27,981 bases of DNA from Chloroflexota bacterium (lineage in GTDB: Bacteria > Chloroflexota > Anaerolineae > UBA7937 > JACPPX01), in assembly GCA_016190785.1 (NCBI GenBank), contig JACPPX010000118.1, positions 1 through 27,981 on the forward strand, in the 5' to 3' direction. Shown here in pieces: positions 17,859 to 26,238 of the stretch. The position numbers and the translations under genes were made by a program. The notes beneath the pieces were generated by a model. It worked only from the letters and a program-made list of their open reading frames with translations. It did not search any database and was not told the origin of the DNA. Position 1 is the stretch's first letter. Each line of letters starts with the position of its first letter.

Positions 17859-19061
17859 CTAACCTTCCGGCTTTTTCCCCTCCTCGCCGGACTCTCGGTA
17901 AGCGGCTAAAATCTCTCTTACTTCTTCCAGCCGCGCCTGGCGCTCTTTCTCCCGCTCTCGTTCGCGGAAAGCCTCCAGTTGGGCGAAGATTTCCTGTTGC
18001 ACCCGTCGCGGGTCGTGCACCCAATCGAAGGTGAAGGATCCCTCCTTGGCCGCGGTCTCGATGATCACATTACCGGTGTTGAGCAGGTTAGCCAGGAACC
18101 CGGGGATGACATAGCGCACATCCTGTACCATCCCCAGACTGGCCTCCCTTCTTTCTTCCCGCAAGAAGAAGGGCTTTTTATCGATGTCTATAATCCGATC
18201 CAGGGTGAGGACATAGACATCGTTCCGCCAGTCATCGTATTGATAGAACATGAGAAAGAGAGAGAGCCCGGCCAGGAGTCCGGCCAGGGTCAGACCGGCC
18301 GAGGGGGGGATGAATTGCAGCAAGGGCAGGTCGAGGGCCACTACTGTCCCTCCGGCCAAAACTAGAACGAGGACGGCCAAGGGGCCGGCCATCTTTTGCA
18401 GGAGTATATACCAGTGTTTTCGCCAAGTAACTTTCCCCTCCTCCTCCACTCGCAATCGCGGCAGGAAGTACTCTACCAGCGGAGCCCGGCGAGGAGGGGG
18501 AGGGCTTATCTTCGAGATTGCCGGGGCAGACTGCTCGGCCATTGCCTTCTCGACCACCACTCTCTCTGCGGAGGGGGTCGCTCTCTTTAATAATTCTTCG
18601 CGAAGAAGATCCGGCTGGGGAATCCCGGAGAGGACTATCTCTCCCTGCCCCGCGCTCTGGACGAAGAGTTCCCCGTAGCCGATGAGCCGAGAGAACATGC
18701 TCGGCCAGACTAACTCTACGCTCTGGATATTTCCCAGTGGCATTTCCTCCCGCTGTTCGTAGAGGAGATAAGTGCGGGTGACATGCACCAGCCGCCGCCA
18801 GCTCAAGGCCCAGTAGTCATCCTGCCAGTCCATGTAAAACCACAAAATGAGGAGGGCGGACAGTGGACCCAGGAAAAGAAAGGCCAGAGGCAAAACATCC
18901 GAGCCCTGGCCCGACAACCAGAGGTATAGGGGCACTGTCAGGAGCAGGGCGGGGATGGTCAGCCTTAGGAGGAGAAAGAAGAAATGCCTCCTCCCCCAAA
19001 GGAACACCTCCTCCCCTTCTTCCTGCCAGGGAAATGCGGTTTCAGCCACTCTTTCCTCCAT
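17859..19061 (-). CDS. Membrane protein with two tandem TM-TM-bPH_2-like modules
   Basis: Internal repeat: RRH...DWQDDYWALSWRRL...LGNIQSV...GYGELFVQSAG versus RKH...DWRNDVYVLTLDRI...LGMVQDV...NTGNVIIETAA; C-terminal coiled coil. Confidence 0.75.
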   Translation of the reverse strand: MEERVAETAFPWQEEGEEVFLWGRRHFFFLLLRLTIPALLLTVPLYLWLSGQGSDVLPLAFLFLGPLSALLILWFYMDWQDDYWALSWRRLVHVTRTYLLYEQREEMPLGNIQSVELVWPSMFSRLIGYGELFVQSAGQGEIVLSGIPQPDLLREELLKRATPSAERVVVEKAMAEQSAPAISKISPPPPRRAPLVEYFLPRLRVEEEGKVTWRKHWYILLQKMAGPLAVLVLVLAGGTVVALDLPLLQFIPPSAGLTLAGLLAGLSLFLMFYQYDDWRNDVYVLTLDRIIDIDKKPFFLREERREASLGMVQDVRYVIPGFLANLLNTGNVIIETAAKEGSFTFDWVHDPRRVQQEIFAQLEAFREREREKERQARLEEVREILAAYRESGEEGKKPEG

Positions 19062-20886
19062 CGCCCGAAGAATTCTGCCCGGAGTCGAGATGCTCTTTCA
19101 CCCGCTGGGCCACGATCTCATTCATCCCCTTTATCTCAGAAAGTTCTTGCAGGGTGGCTTTGCGGATCGCCTCCCAAGAGCCAAAGTGCTGGAGCAGGGC
19201 TTTTCTCCTCCGTGGGCCAATACCTGGGATTTCTTCTAGCACGGAGGCCAGGCCTTCTTTGCGGCGCAGCCGCTCGTGATACCCTTTGGCGAAGCGATGG
19301 GCCTCATCCCGGATGCGCTGCACCAGGTGCAAAGACCCTGACCCCTCGGGGAGGATGATGGGGTTAGGCTGGCCGGGCTTGAAGATTTCTTCCCGCTCCT
19401 TGGCCAGAGCCACCGCCGGAAACCAAAGCCCGTATTCGTCTAGCACTTCCTTGGCCGCGGAGAGTTGCCCTTTGCCCCCATCGATAAGGATCAGGTCCGG
19501 GAGTTCGGCCCACTCCTTAGCCCCCTCATCCATCACCCTCCGGAAGCGGCGGCGGAGGACTTCTTTCATCATAGCATAGTCATCCGCACCCGGGACTCCC
19601 CGAATCCGGAAGTGGCGATAGGCTGCTTTGGTCGGCCTCCCCTCTTTGAAGACTACCATCGAGCCGGTAGCCATCTGCCCCTGGATATTGGATATATCGT
19701 AGCCCTCGATCCGCGAGGGAAATTCCTCCAGCCCTAACCTCTCTTGCAAGTCAGCCAGGGCCGAGACTGCCTTCCCCTCTTCAGCCAGGGCCTGGGCCTC
19801 TAGGTGCTCAAGCATCTGGGCCGCATTCTCCTCGGCCAGGGCCACCAGTTCTTTTCGCTGTCCCCTCCTAGGCACCGCAATCTCGACTTTGGCCTCTCGC
19901 CGCTTGGCCAGCCAATCCCCAACCAAATTCTGATCAGCGATGGGGCTGCTCAGCAACACTTCTGCTGGTATATAAGCCACCCCGTCATAATACTGCTTGA
20001 CAAAGGACCCCAAAACCTCTCCTTCGCTCTCCCCTGCCACCCCATCCAGGATAAACGACTCGCGGCCGATCATCCTCCCTTGGCGGACAAAGAAAACCTG
20101 CACCCCGGCCTCCCCGTTCTTCCGCGCCAGGGCAATAACATCTTGATCAGTGGGAGTTTTGGAGACAATCCGCTGTTTCTCCATCGCCCGTTCCACGGCC
20201 CGCACTTGGTCCCGCAGCCGGGCGGCCCGTTCGTATTGCAGGTTCTCCGCGGCCTCGGCCATCTGCTTCTTGAGCGAACCGACCACCTCCTCGTGTTTCC
20301 CCTCCAAGAAGCGCACCAGACCGGCGATAGACTTGCGGTACCCCTCTTTATCGATGGCTCCGATACAAGGGGCAGTACACAGATGCAAATGATAATAGAG
20401 GCAGGGCTGCTTATCTTTTCCGGTGATTTTGCGGTCACAGGTCAGATAAGGGAAGATTCTCCGCGCGATATCCAAAGTCTGGTACATGGCTTGCGAAGAG
20501 GCGAAGGGGCCGAAATATTTGGCTCCGTCGCGGCGCATCTGCCGCACCATATGCACCTTGGGGAAATCATCCTGCCAGGCGATGCGGATATAGGGGTAGC
20601 GCTTATCGTCCTTGAAGCGGATGTTATACCGCGGCCTATGGCGCTTGATCAGACTCTGCTCCAAGATGAGGGCTTCCATCTCCGAGCCGGTGACAATGTA
20701 CTCAAAGTCTCCAGCCTCCAAGACCAACTGGTCGGCCTTAAACCCCGCCCCGGCCCCAAAGTAAGAGCGGACCCGGTCGCGGAGCCGCGCCGCCTTGCCC
20801 ACATATATCGGCCGGCCCGAACCGTCCTTGAAGATATAGACCCCGGCTTGCGTGGGGATGCTAGTTAGATCCAATTGCACCGCCAT
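19042..20886 (-). CDS. uvrC: Excinuclease ABC subunit C
   Basis: GIY-YIG (GVYIFKD...IYVGKA), Cys-rich region, UVR domain, RNase H-like RIEGYDISN/DDYAMM/IDGGKG, HhH IPGIGP. Start reassigned to ATG 20886. Confidence 0.97.
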   Translation of the reverse strand: MAVQLDLTSIPTQAGVYIFKDGSGRPIYVGKAARLRDRVRSYFGAGAGFKADQLVLEAGDFEYIVTGSEMEALILEQSLIKRHRPRYNIRFKDDKRYPYIRIAWQDDFPKVHMVRQMRRDGAKYFGPFASSQAMYQTLDIARRIFPYLTCDRKITGKDKQPCLYYHLHLCTAPCIGAIDKEGYRKSIAGLVRFLEGKHEEVVGSLKKQMAEAAENLQYERAARLRDQVRAVERAMEKQRIVSKTPTDQDVIALARKNGEAGVQVFFVRQGRMIGRESFILDGVAGESEGEVLGSFVKQYYDGVAYIPAEVLLSSPIADQNLVGDWLAKRREAKVEIAVPRRGQRKELVALAEENAAQMLEHLEAQALAEEGKAVSALADLQERLGLEEFPSRIEGYDISNIQGQMATGSMVVFKEGRPTKAAYRHFRIRGVPGADDYAMMKEVLRRRFRRVMDEGAKEWAELPDLILIDGGKGQLSAAKEVLDEYGLWFPAVALAKEREEIFKPGQPNPIILPEGSGSLHLVQRIRDEAHRFAKGYHERLRRKEGLASVLEEIPGIGPRRRKALLQHFGSWEAIRKATLQELSEIKGMNEIVAQRVKEHLDSGQNSSGDGGKSG

Positions 20887-20907
20887 CTTATTTAACAATT
20901 TTACCAC

Positions 20908-20936
20908 AAACGAAAGCCTGGGATTCCTCCCAGGCT
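20908..20936 (-). terminator. Terminator after the tandem membrane genes, upstream of uvrC
   Basis: Minus strand AGCCTGGGA-GGAA-TCCCAGGCT-TTCGTTT. Confidence 0.7.
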
Positions 20937-20964
20937 CAATCACTAGATCCTTGCCGAAAAGCGG

Positions 20965-21419
20965 TTAAGCCGCCGCGGACTTTGCTGAGCCTTGTAGGGC
21001 CTTAAAAATCAGCCCACCTAAACCGCCAAGTATGGCGAAAAAGACAACATTGATCACACAGAGTATAGCGCCTCCAAAATGCCTAACCCCGTATCTCCCA
21101 CCTCGTAGCCGCCCAAATATTGAGAGTATATTCCCGCCCCCACACCTAAGAGATTGAGCACCAGCTCGATAAAAGTAGAGGCCACGCTGGAGATAAAGCC
21201 AGTTATCGCTCCTGCCAAAGCACCGGCCCCCAATCCATCTCCGGGAGTGGCTAAGCTTTTCCCGCCAATTTGAACCGCTATAACTCCCACCCCGAATCCC
21301 AAAGACAGCCCTCCAATGCAGGCGATGCAAATGCCCAAAACCGGTATATATCCAAGAAGCACAAGGATTATACCTATGCCTCCGCCGATTATCCCGGCTT
21401 TAACCCCTGCTTGGCTCAT
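20965..21419 (-). pseudogene. Gly-rich multi-TM membrane protein split by a one-base frameshift (pseudogene or assembly error)
   Basis: The N-terminal frame (21419-21054) reads ...GDTGLGI; the second frame continues FGGAILCVINVVFFAILGGLGGLIFKA..., matching the C-terminus of the upstream paralogue. Adding one T to the T4 run at 21076-21079 gives a 151-aa protein. Confidence 0.75.
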
Positions 21420-21431
21420 GGAAGCGATAAC

Positions 21432-21953
21432 CTAAGAAGATACTGCCGGTTGTTGCTGCTTCGGCCGATGGCCGATGAGCCCGCCAATGGCTCCCATCAC
21501 TGCCGCGATCAAGGGGAGAATAATGCAACAGAGCACAAAGAAGATACCTACCGCCACCCCAAAGTATCCCTGAAATTCCTGCGGAGAAATGCCTACCTGC
21601 CGCAGTTGCTCAAGCGCCTCTGGTGGGAGTTGACCTGTTACCTGGGGACCGATAGCCAAGAAGGCCAGAGCCAATAAACACATAAAAGGCAATCCCCAGA
21701 AGGCGGAAGACACCGCCCCAGCGATCGCTCCTGCCCCGGCAGACGAACCACCACTGGTCAGAGAAGCCCCTCCCCACCGTGCGGCCAGAACGCCGCTTAC
21801 AAACCAGAGACCAAGGGTAAAGATGAATACAAGACAAGAGAATAAATTGGAGACATCGGGACTAAGGATGGCTGCTCCTACAAACCAGAAGACAGCCAGC
21901 AAGATGAGAACAAAGCCCATCACGATCCCTGCCTTCAAGCCTGCCGCCAGCAT
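21432..21953 (-). CDS. Gly-rich multi-TM membrane protein, paralogue of the downstream gene
   Basis: About four hydrophobic helices; AGLKAGI and SAGAGAIAGAVS motifs; SD AAGGAGG. Confidence 0.8.
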   Translation of the reverse strand: MLAAGLKAGIVMGFVLILLAVFWFVGAAILSPDVSNLFSCLVFIFTLGLWFVSGVLAARWGGASLTSGGSSAGAGAIAGAVSSAFWGLPFMCLLALAFLAIGPQVTGQLPPEALEQLRQVGISPQEFQGYFGVAVGIFFVLCCIILPLIAAVMGAIGGLIGHRPKQQQPAVSS

Positions 21954-21983
21954 TTTTCCTCCTTGCGTAAAAGAATTGGAGGT

Positions 21984-22011
21984 ATTGTAATGAAGTACAG
22001 AGTCTTGTCAA
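21984..22011 (-). promoter_or_regulatory. Promoter of the tandem membrane genes
   Basis: Minus strand TTGACA (22011-22006), 16 bp, TACAAT (21989-21984). Confidence 0.65.
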
Positions 22012-22653
22012 TCAATCGCTGGCTCCCGCGTAAACCCCCCTATACTCGGCCGGCAAAAGTTCAGCCAGTTTGCGCATTATTAGATCCGCATCGGCTTGCA
22101 AGGCTTCTTTTCGGGAGCGACCCTTCGCATCATCATCCAAGTGAAAAAGGGGGCCAATATTGATCCTGATGTGGGGGCGACGGAATTTGCGCAGGTCGGG
22201 CAAAAGCTGCTCCGTGCCAAAGACGGCGATGGGCAGGATGGGGACCTTGGCCTGCCGAGCCAGAAAGGCAGGACCAGTTTTGCCCCGCTCTAGAGTACCG
22301 GTTTTGCTGATCCTCCCTTCCGGGGCGATGGCTAGAACCTCGTTCCGTTCCAGAACTCCCAGAGCACGGCGGAGGGCGGCGCGGTCGAATTCTCCCCGCC
22401 GTAGCCAGATGACCCCGGCCATAGATAAAAGCAAGCCAGTGACCGGCACCCGGCGCAATCCCTCCACCGCCAGCCCGGTGAAACGCCGCGGCAGAATGGC
22501 TACCAGGAGGGGTGGATCCCAGTGGCTGAGATGATTGAAAACCAGAAGCAGTGGCCCTTTGCCCGGCAAGTTCTCCCGGCCGCTCACTTCATAACGGGTG
22601 AGGAGTCTGAAAACTAACTTGGCTAGGGCGCGGACGATCTCGTAAGAAAGCAT
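22012..22653 (-). CDS. plsC: 1-acyl-sn-glycerol-3-phosphate acyltransferase family protein
   Basis: NHLSHWD (HX4D) and IAPEGRIS motifs. Confidence 0.88.
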   Translation of the reverse strand: MLSYEIVRALAKLVFRLLTRYEVSGRENLPGKGPLLLVFNHLSHWDPPLLVAILPRRFTGLAVEGLRRVPVTGLLLSMAGVIWLRRGEFDRAALRRALGVLERNEVLAIAPEGRISKTGTLERGKTGPAFLARQAKVPILPIAVFGTEQLLPDLRKFRRPHIRINIGPLFHLDDDAKGRSRKEALQADADLIMRKLAELLPAEYRGVYAGASD

Positions 22654-22698
22654 ATTTCTCTAAAATCGTGGCCAGTAAAATCTGAGCCTCCGAGCAGC

Positions 22699-24114
22699 CT
22701 AGGGTGGAAAGGTGCGTATCGTCCACTCCTCAGGGTCCACCGGCACCCCGGCGATGCGCATCTCCCAATGGAGGTGCGGGCCGGTCGCCAAACCAGTGCC
22801 TCCCACATACCCGATAAGTTGGCCTTTCTTAACTTCCTGGCCCACCGCGACTAAAATTTGCGAGAGATGAAAGTATCCGGTGTATACTCCCAGGCCGTGG
22901 TCGATAATCACCGTATTCCCTCGCACTTGAAGGGTCTCGGCCAGAACCACTCGACCGGAATTGGCAGCCAGTACCGTATCCCCTTCATCCGCATTGTAAT
23001 CCACACCCAGGTGATAACTGGCCACCGGCCCGCCATCGTAAGAACGGCCCTCGCCAAAGAAAGAAGACTTCTCCCCCACTAGCGGCAATTGAAATATACC
23101 CTGCCACAGTGGTTGAGATGTGATCTGGGCGAATATCACCGCTAACCGATCCCTTTCCGGCACCGTCACTGCCGGATCCAGCAGCCCTTCCCGGTCGGGT
23201 GGTAGGTCAATGTAGTCAATGGGGAAATCATAATCTACCACCAGCACCGTCCCCTGACCGTTCCCTGTCCTCCCTTGTCCATCCGTAGCTTTTATCGACC
23301 ACAGGTAAGGTCCGGGGGTGTCCCAAGGGGCAAAACCTACTACACTCCAATATTCACCGTTGCTTCCAAAAAAGGTGAGCGGTCGGCCCTCAAGGTTTCC
23401 GGTTAGCATTGCATCGCCTTCGGTTTTTACCCTAAGAAAAAGGGTCTGGCCTTGGTAAACATTGGTGGGCACAATTTCCACCGCGACTATGGGCGACGCA
23501 AAGGTTGCTGCCCCTCCGCCAGGGATCAGCAGCCGTTGGCCGACATAGATCAAAGAGGGATTAGCAATATCATTGACCGAAGCCAGAGCCGAGACACTGC
23601 TTGAGTACTTCTGGGCAATTAAATACAGGGTCTCTCCGCGCTGCACAATGTGCACCACCGGCTCTCCTGTAGGTGCTGGTGGAGGACTGCTAGAAGTGGA
23701 CAAAATCAGGGATTGTCCAACGTAGATTAGCGAAGGATTGGAGAGGCTGTTCAGTTGAGTCAGAGCTTCGACGCTAGTTCCGTACTTGCGGGCAATCCCG
23801 GCTAAAGTGTCTCCGGGGCGGACAACATAGAACTGGGAAGTGGCCGGATCAGCATTGGGCGGGGGGATGATCAAGCGTTGCCCAGGAAATATTAAATTGG
23901 GATTGGCAATGTGATTGGCTTGGACTAAAGCTGTAACTGTGGTCCCGTAGCAGCGAGCAATGGCGGAAAGAGTATCGCCAACTGCAACTACGTGCATTCC
24001 GGTGCCATCAGCGCAGCGTATGGTTGAGGACACTGCACCGATCGGCGAGGAATACAAAAAGATGAGGACTAAAGCCAGGATTATGGCTTTCGCATATTTG
24101 CGCATAATAAACAC
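22699..24114 (-). CDS. Secreted 3xLysM + M23 peptidase
   Basis: Signal peptide; three LysM repeats ([24 protein letters not shown]...NPxLIyxGQ); M23 motifs HLGVD and GPHLHWE. Start GTG 24114 or ATG 24105. Confidence 0.93.
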   Translation of the reverse strand: MFIMRKYAKAIILALVLIFLYSSPIGAVSSTIRCADGTGMHVVAVGDTLSAIARCYGTTVTALVQANHIANPNLIFPGQRLIIPPPNADPATSQFYVVRPGDTLAGIARKYGTSVEALTQLNSLSNPSLIYVGQSLILSTSSSPPPAPTGEPVVHIVQRGETLYLIAQKYSSSVSALASVNDIANPSLIYVGQRLLIPGGGAATFASPIVAVEIVPTNVYQGQTLFLRVKTEGDAMLTGNLEGRPLTFFGSNGEYWSVVGFAPWDTPGPYLWSIKATDGQGRTGNGQGTVLVVDYDFPIDYIDLPPDREGLLDPAVTVPERDRLAVIFAQITSQPLWQGIFQLPLVGEKSSFFGEGRSYDGGPVASYHLGVDYNADEGDTVLAANSGRVVLAETLQVRGNTVIIDHGLGVYTGYFHLSQILVAVGQEVKKGQLIGYVGGTGLATGPHLHWEMRIAGVPVDPEEWTIRTFPP

Positions 24115-24144
24115 AGCCGCGGATTATACCTTATAAACTAGGGA

Positions 24145-24173
24145 TTGACACTTACTGCCGCTTAGCCTATCCT
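24145..24173 (+). promoter_or_regulatory. sigma70-type promoter of rsmI
   Basis: TTGACA (24145-24150), 17 bp, TATCCT (24168-24173). Confidence 0.7.
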
Positions 24174-24182
24174 CTTCCAGTT

Positions 24183-25034
24183 ATGGGCACCCTTTATCTG
24201 GTGGCCACCCCCATTGGCAATTTGGAGGACATAACCCTTCGCGCCCTACGCATCCTCAAGCAAGTAGCCCTCATCGCCGCCGAGGATACTCGGCGCACAA
24301 AAATCCTCCTCGATCACTATCAGATCAAAACCCCCATGACCAGTTACTTTGAGCACAACAAATTGACCAAACTCCCCCGCATTATGCAGGCCCTCCAAGA
24401 GGGCGATGTGGCCTTGGTCTCAGAAGCGGGGATGCCGGGCATATCCGATCCAGGATACGAACTGGTGAAGGCTGCGCTCGATGCCGGATACGCTGTAGTC
24501 CCCCTCCCCGGGCCTTCGGCGGTAACTGCTGCCCTAGCAGCCTCCGGCCTGCCCACCGATAGTTTCCTCTTCCTCGGCTTCCTGCCCCGCAAAAAGGGCG
24601 AGCGAAGACAGGTGCTGCAAAGCGTAGTCGCGGAGAGCCACACCCTAGTGGCCTTCGAGGCTCCCCACCGCATCGTCGAGAGTCTTGGAGACATCGTAGA
24701 CATTTTGGGCGATCGAAAGATAGCTTTGGCGCGGGAAGTGACTAAAATCCACGAAGAGATACAGCGCGGCACCGTTTCCAAAATTCTGGCCTACTTCCAG
24801 AGGACCGAGCCCCGCGGGGAGTTCACCATAATTCTTGCCGGAGCCGAGCCGCAGGCCTGGGACGCAGAGCGCATCCGCCACAGGATTATCCAGTTGCAGG
24901 AGGAGGGAGTAGCCGGGGGAGAGGCTGTCCGCCAGGTATCTCGACTCGCTGGCAAATCCCGCAACGAAATCTACAAAATCTGGTTGAGCATCAAGCAAGG
25001 AAACCGGAAGGAGAAAAGTGATCGACCTCGATAA
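24183..25034 (+). CDS. rsmI: 16S rRNA C1402 2'-O-methyltransferase
   Basis: LYLVATPIGNLEDITLRAL, AAEDTR, SEAGMPGISDPG, AREVTKIHEE. Confidence 0.97.
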   Translation: MGTLYLVATPIGNLEDITLRALRILKQVALIAAEDTRRTKILLDHYQIKTPMTSYFEHNKLTKLPRIMQALQEGDVALVSEAGMPGISDPGYELVKAALDAGYAVVPLPGPSAVTAALAASGLPTDSFLFLGFLPRKKGERRQVLQSVVAESHTLVAFEAPHRIVESLGDIVDILGDRKIALAREVTKIHEEIQRGTVSKILAYFQRTEPRGEFTIILAGAEPQAWDAERIRHRIIQLQEEGVAGGEAVRQVSRLAGKSRNEIYKIWLSIKQGNRKEKSDRPR

Positions 25035-26085
25035 CCCTCAGACTTTGAAAAAGAATGACCGGGGGGAGATGGGACTCCGTCTCTCCGAACTCCCCCTCCA
25101 ATGCCGCACCGCCTGGCAAATCGCCCAGGAGTGGTCACCCCCTGCGGAGTACCGCGAAGTCGACAGTGCAATCATCTTGGGGATGGGCGGTTCGGCCATC
25201 GGCGGCGACCTTCTGCGGGGGCTGGTCTCCGATTCCTGCCCCTTGCCCATCTTCCTCCTCCGCGATTACTCCTTGCCCCACTTTGCGGGCTCACGAACTC
25301 TGGTAATCGCCTCCAGCTTTTCCGGGGATACAGAGGAGACCCTTTTCGCCTTCCAGCAAGCATTGCAGAGGGATTGCAAGACCTTAGCCATCTCCACTGG
25401 AGGCAGATTGGCCCAACTGGCCGAGGGATCGGCAGTACCGCTCTTGACCTTCAACTATCCCCCTCCCCCCCGTGCGGCAACCGGATTCTCACTTGTTCTC
25501 CTCCTGGGGGTCTTTTACCACCTGGGATTAATCCCTGATCCGTCTCCAGACCTCGAGGAAGGAATTGCTCTTTTGGAAAGTGGCATATCCCAATTTCGGG
25601 AAGAAGTGCCCACCTCCCAAAACCCGGCCAAGCAGTTAGCAGAGAAAATCCAAGGCCGGATCCCAGTCTTCTGGGGGGCGGAGCACCTCCACCCTGTTGC
25701 CCGACGCTGGAAGACCCAGGCCAATGAAAACAGCAAACTCGCCGCCTTCTTTGAGGCACTCCCCGAGATCCACCACAACGCGGTGGTCGGCCTCCGCTTT
25801 CCCACCGACTTGGCCCAGAAAATCTTTGTCGTCGTTCTTACCTCCAACCTGCTCCATCCCCGCAACCTGCTGCGGGTCCAGGTAACCGCCGAAGTTCTGG
25901 CCAAAGAGAAAATCCCCTATCAAGTAATTGAGGTGCTGGGAGAGACACGGCTGGCTGAGGTGCTGTGGGGAGTGCTCCTGGGCGACTATGTCAGCCTATA
26001 CCTCGCCGCCCGCAACGGTGTGGACCCCAGTGAGATAGAAGTCATTTCTCAGATCAAGAAGAGGATGGCCGAGGGATGGAGATAA
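25018..26085 (+). CDS. Bifunctional phosphoglucose/phosphomannose isomerase (SIS fold)
   Basis: GMGGSAIGG, SSFSGDTEET, KTQANENSK, PEIHHN; overlaps the rsmI end by 17 bp. Confidence 0.92.
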   Translation: MIDLDNPQTLKKNDRGEMGLRLSELPLQCRTAWQIAQEWSPPAEYREVDSAIILGMGGSAIGGDLLRGLVSDSCPLPIFLLRDYSLPHFAGSRTLVIASSFSGDTEETLFAFQQALQRDCKTLAISTGGRLAQLAEGSAVPLLTFNYPPPPRAATGFSLVLLLGVFYHLGLIPDPSPDLEEGIALLESGISQFREEVPTSQNPAKQLAEKIQGRIPVFWGAEHLHPVARRWKTQANENSKLAAFFEALPEIHHNAVVGLRFPTDLAQKIFVVVLTSNLLHPRNLLRVQVTAEVLAKEKIPYQVIEVLGETRLAEVLWGVLLGDYVSLYLAARNGVDPSEIEVISQIKKRMAEGWR

Positions 26086-26107
26086 CAGAAAATCATGCGA
26101 TTTGCCA

Positions 26108-26136
26108 TTGACAAAAATATTTCTTTGTCGTATACT
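26108..26136 (+). promoter_or_regulatory. Near-consensus sigma70 promoter
   Basis: TTGACA (26108-26113), 17 bp, TATACT (26131-26136). Confidence 0.85.
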
Positions 26137-26196
26137 GAAAGGGATAGAGGTTGCCGGCCATGAATGTTTTTGGCTCCTCCAGGAGAAAAGAAGTCT

Positions 26197-26233
26197 AGAG
26201 CACCCGCCGTGATTGGCGCGGTGCTCTTTTTTT
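26197..26233 (+). terminator. Intrinsic terminator inside the leader of the peroxiredoxin-like gene
   Basis: AGAGCACC-CGCC-gtgatt-GGCG-c-GGTGCTCT ending in a T7 run; it ends 5 nt before the ATG at 26239. Confidence 0.8.
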
Positions 26234-26238
26234 AGAGA

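Noticed and set aside
19804-20868. 354-aa plus-strand ORF
   Set aside because: Lies wholly antisense to uvrC, has no motifs, and is a typical shadow ORF in GC-rich DNA.
20887-20964. LexA box upstream of uvrC
   Set aside because: No GAAC-N4-GTTC or CTGT-N8-ACAG motif is present.
21070-21090. Programmed -1 ribosomal frameshift
   Set aside because: GGCATTTT is not an X XXY YYZ slippery heptamer, and I see no downstream stimulatory structure; mutation or sequencing error is simpler.
20965-21330. 121-aa ORF MHRLHW... as an independent gene
   Set aside because: Only its last ~37 codons look coding; they are the frameshifted tail of the gene starting at 21419.
4262-24114. Bactofilin-M23 peptidase module
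   Set aside because: Such modules are known, but here the two genes are about 18 kb apart in separate units, so no link can be claimed.
26145-26162. Resemblance of TAGAGGTTGCCGGCCAT to the 5' end of ykkC-type riboswitches
   Set aside because: It needs two insertions, and the downstream conserved elements are not evident; only a covariance-model search could rescue this.
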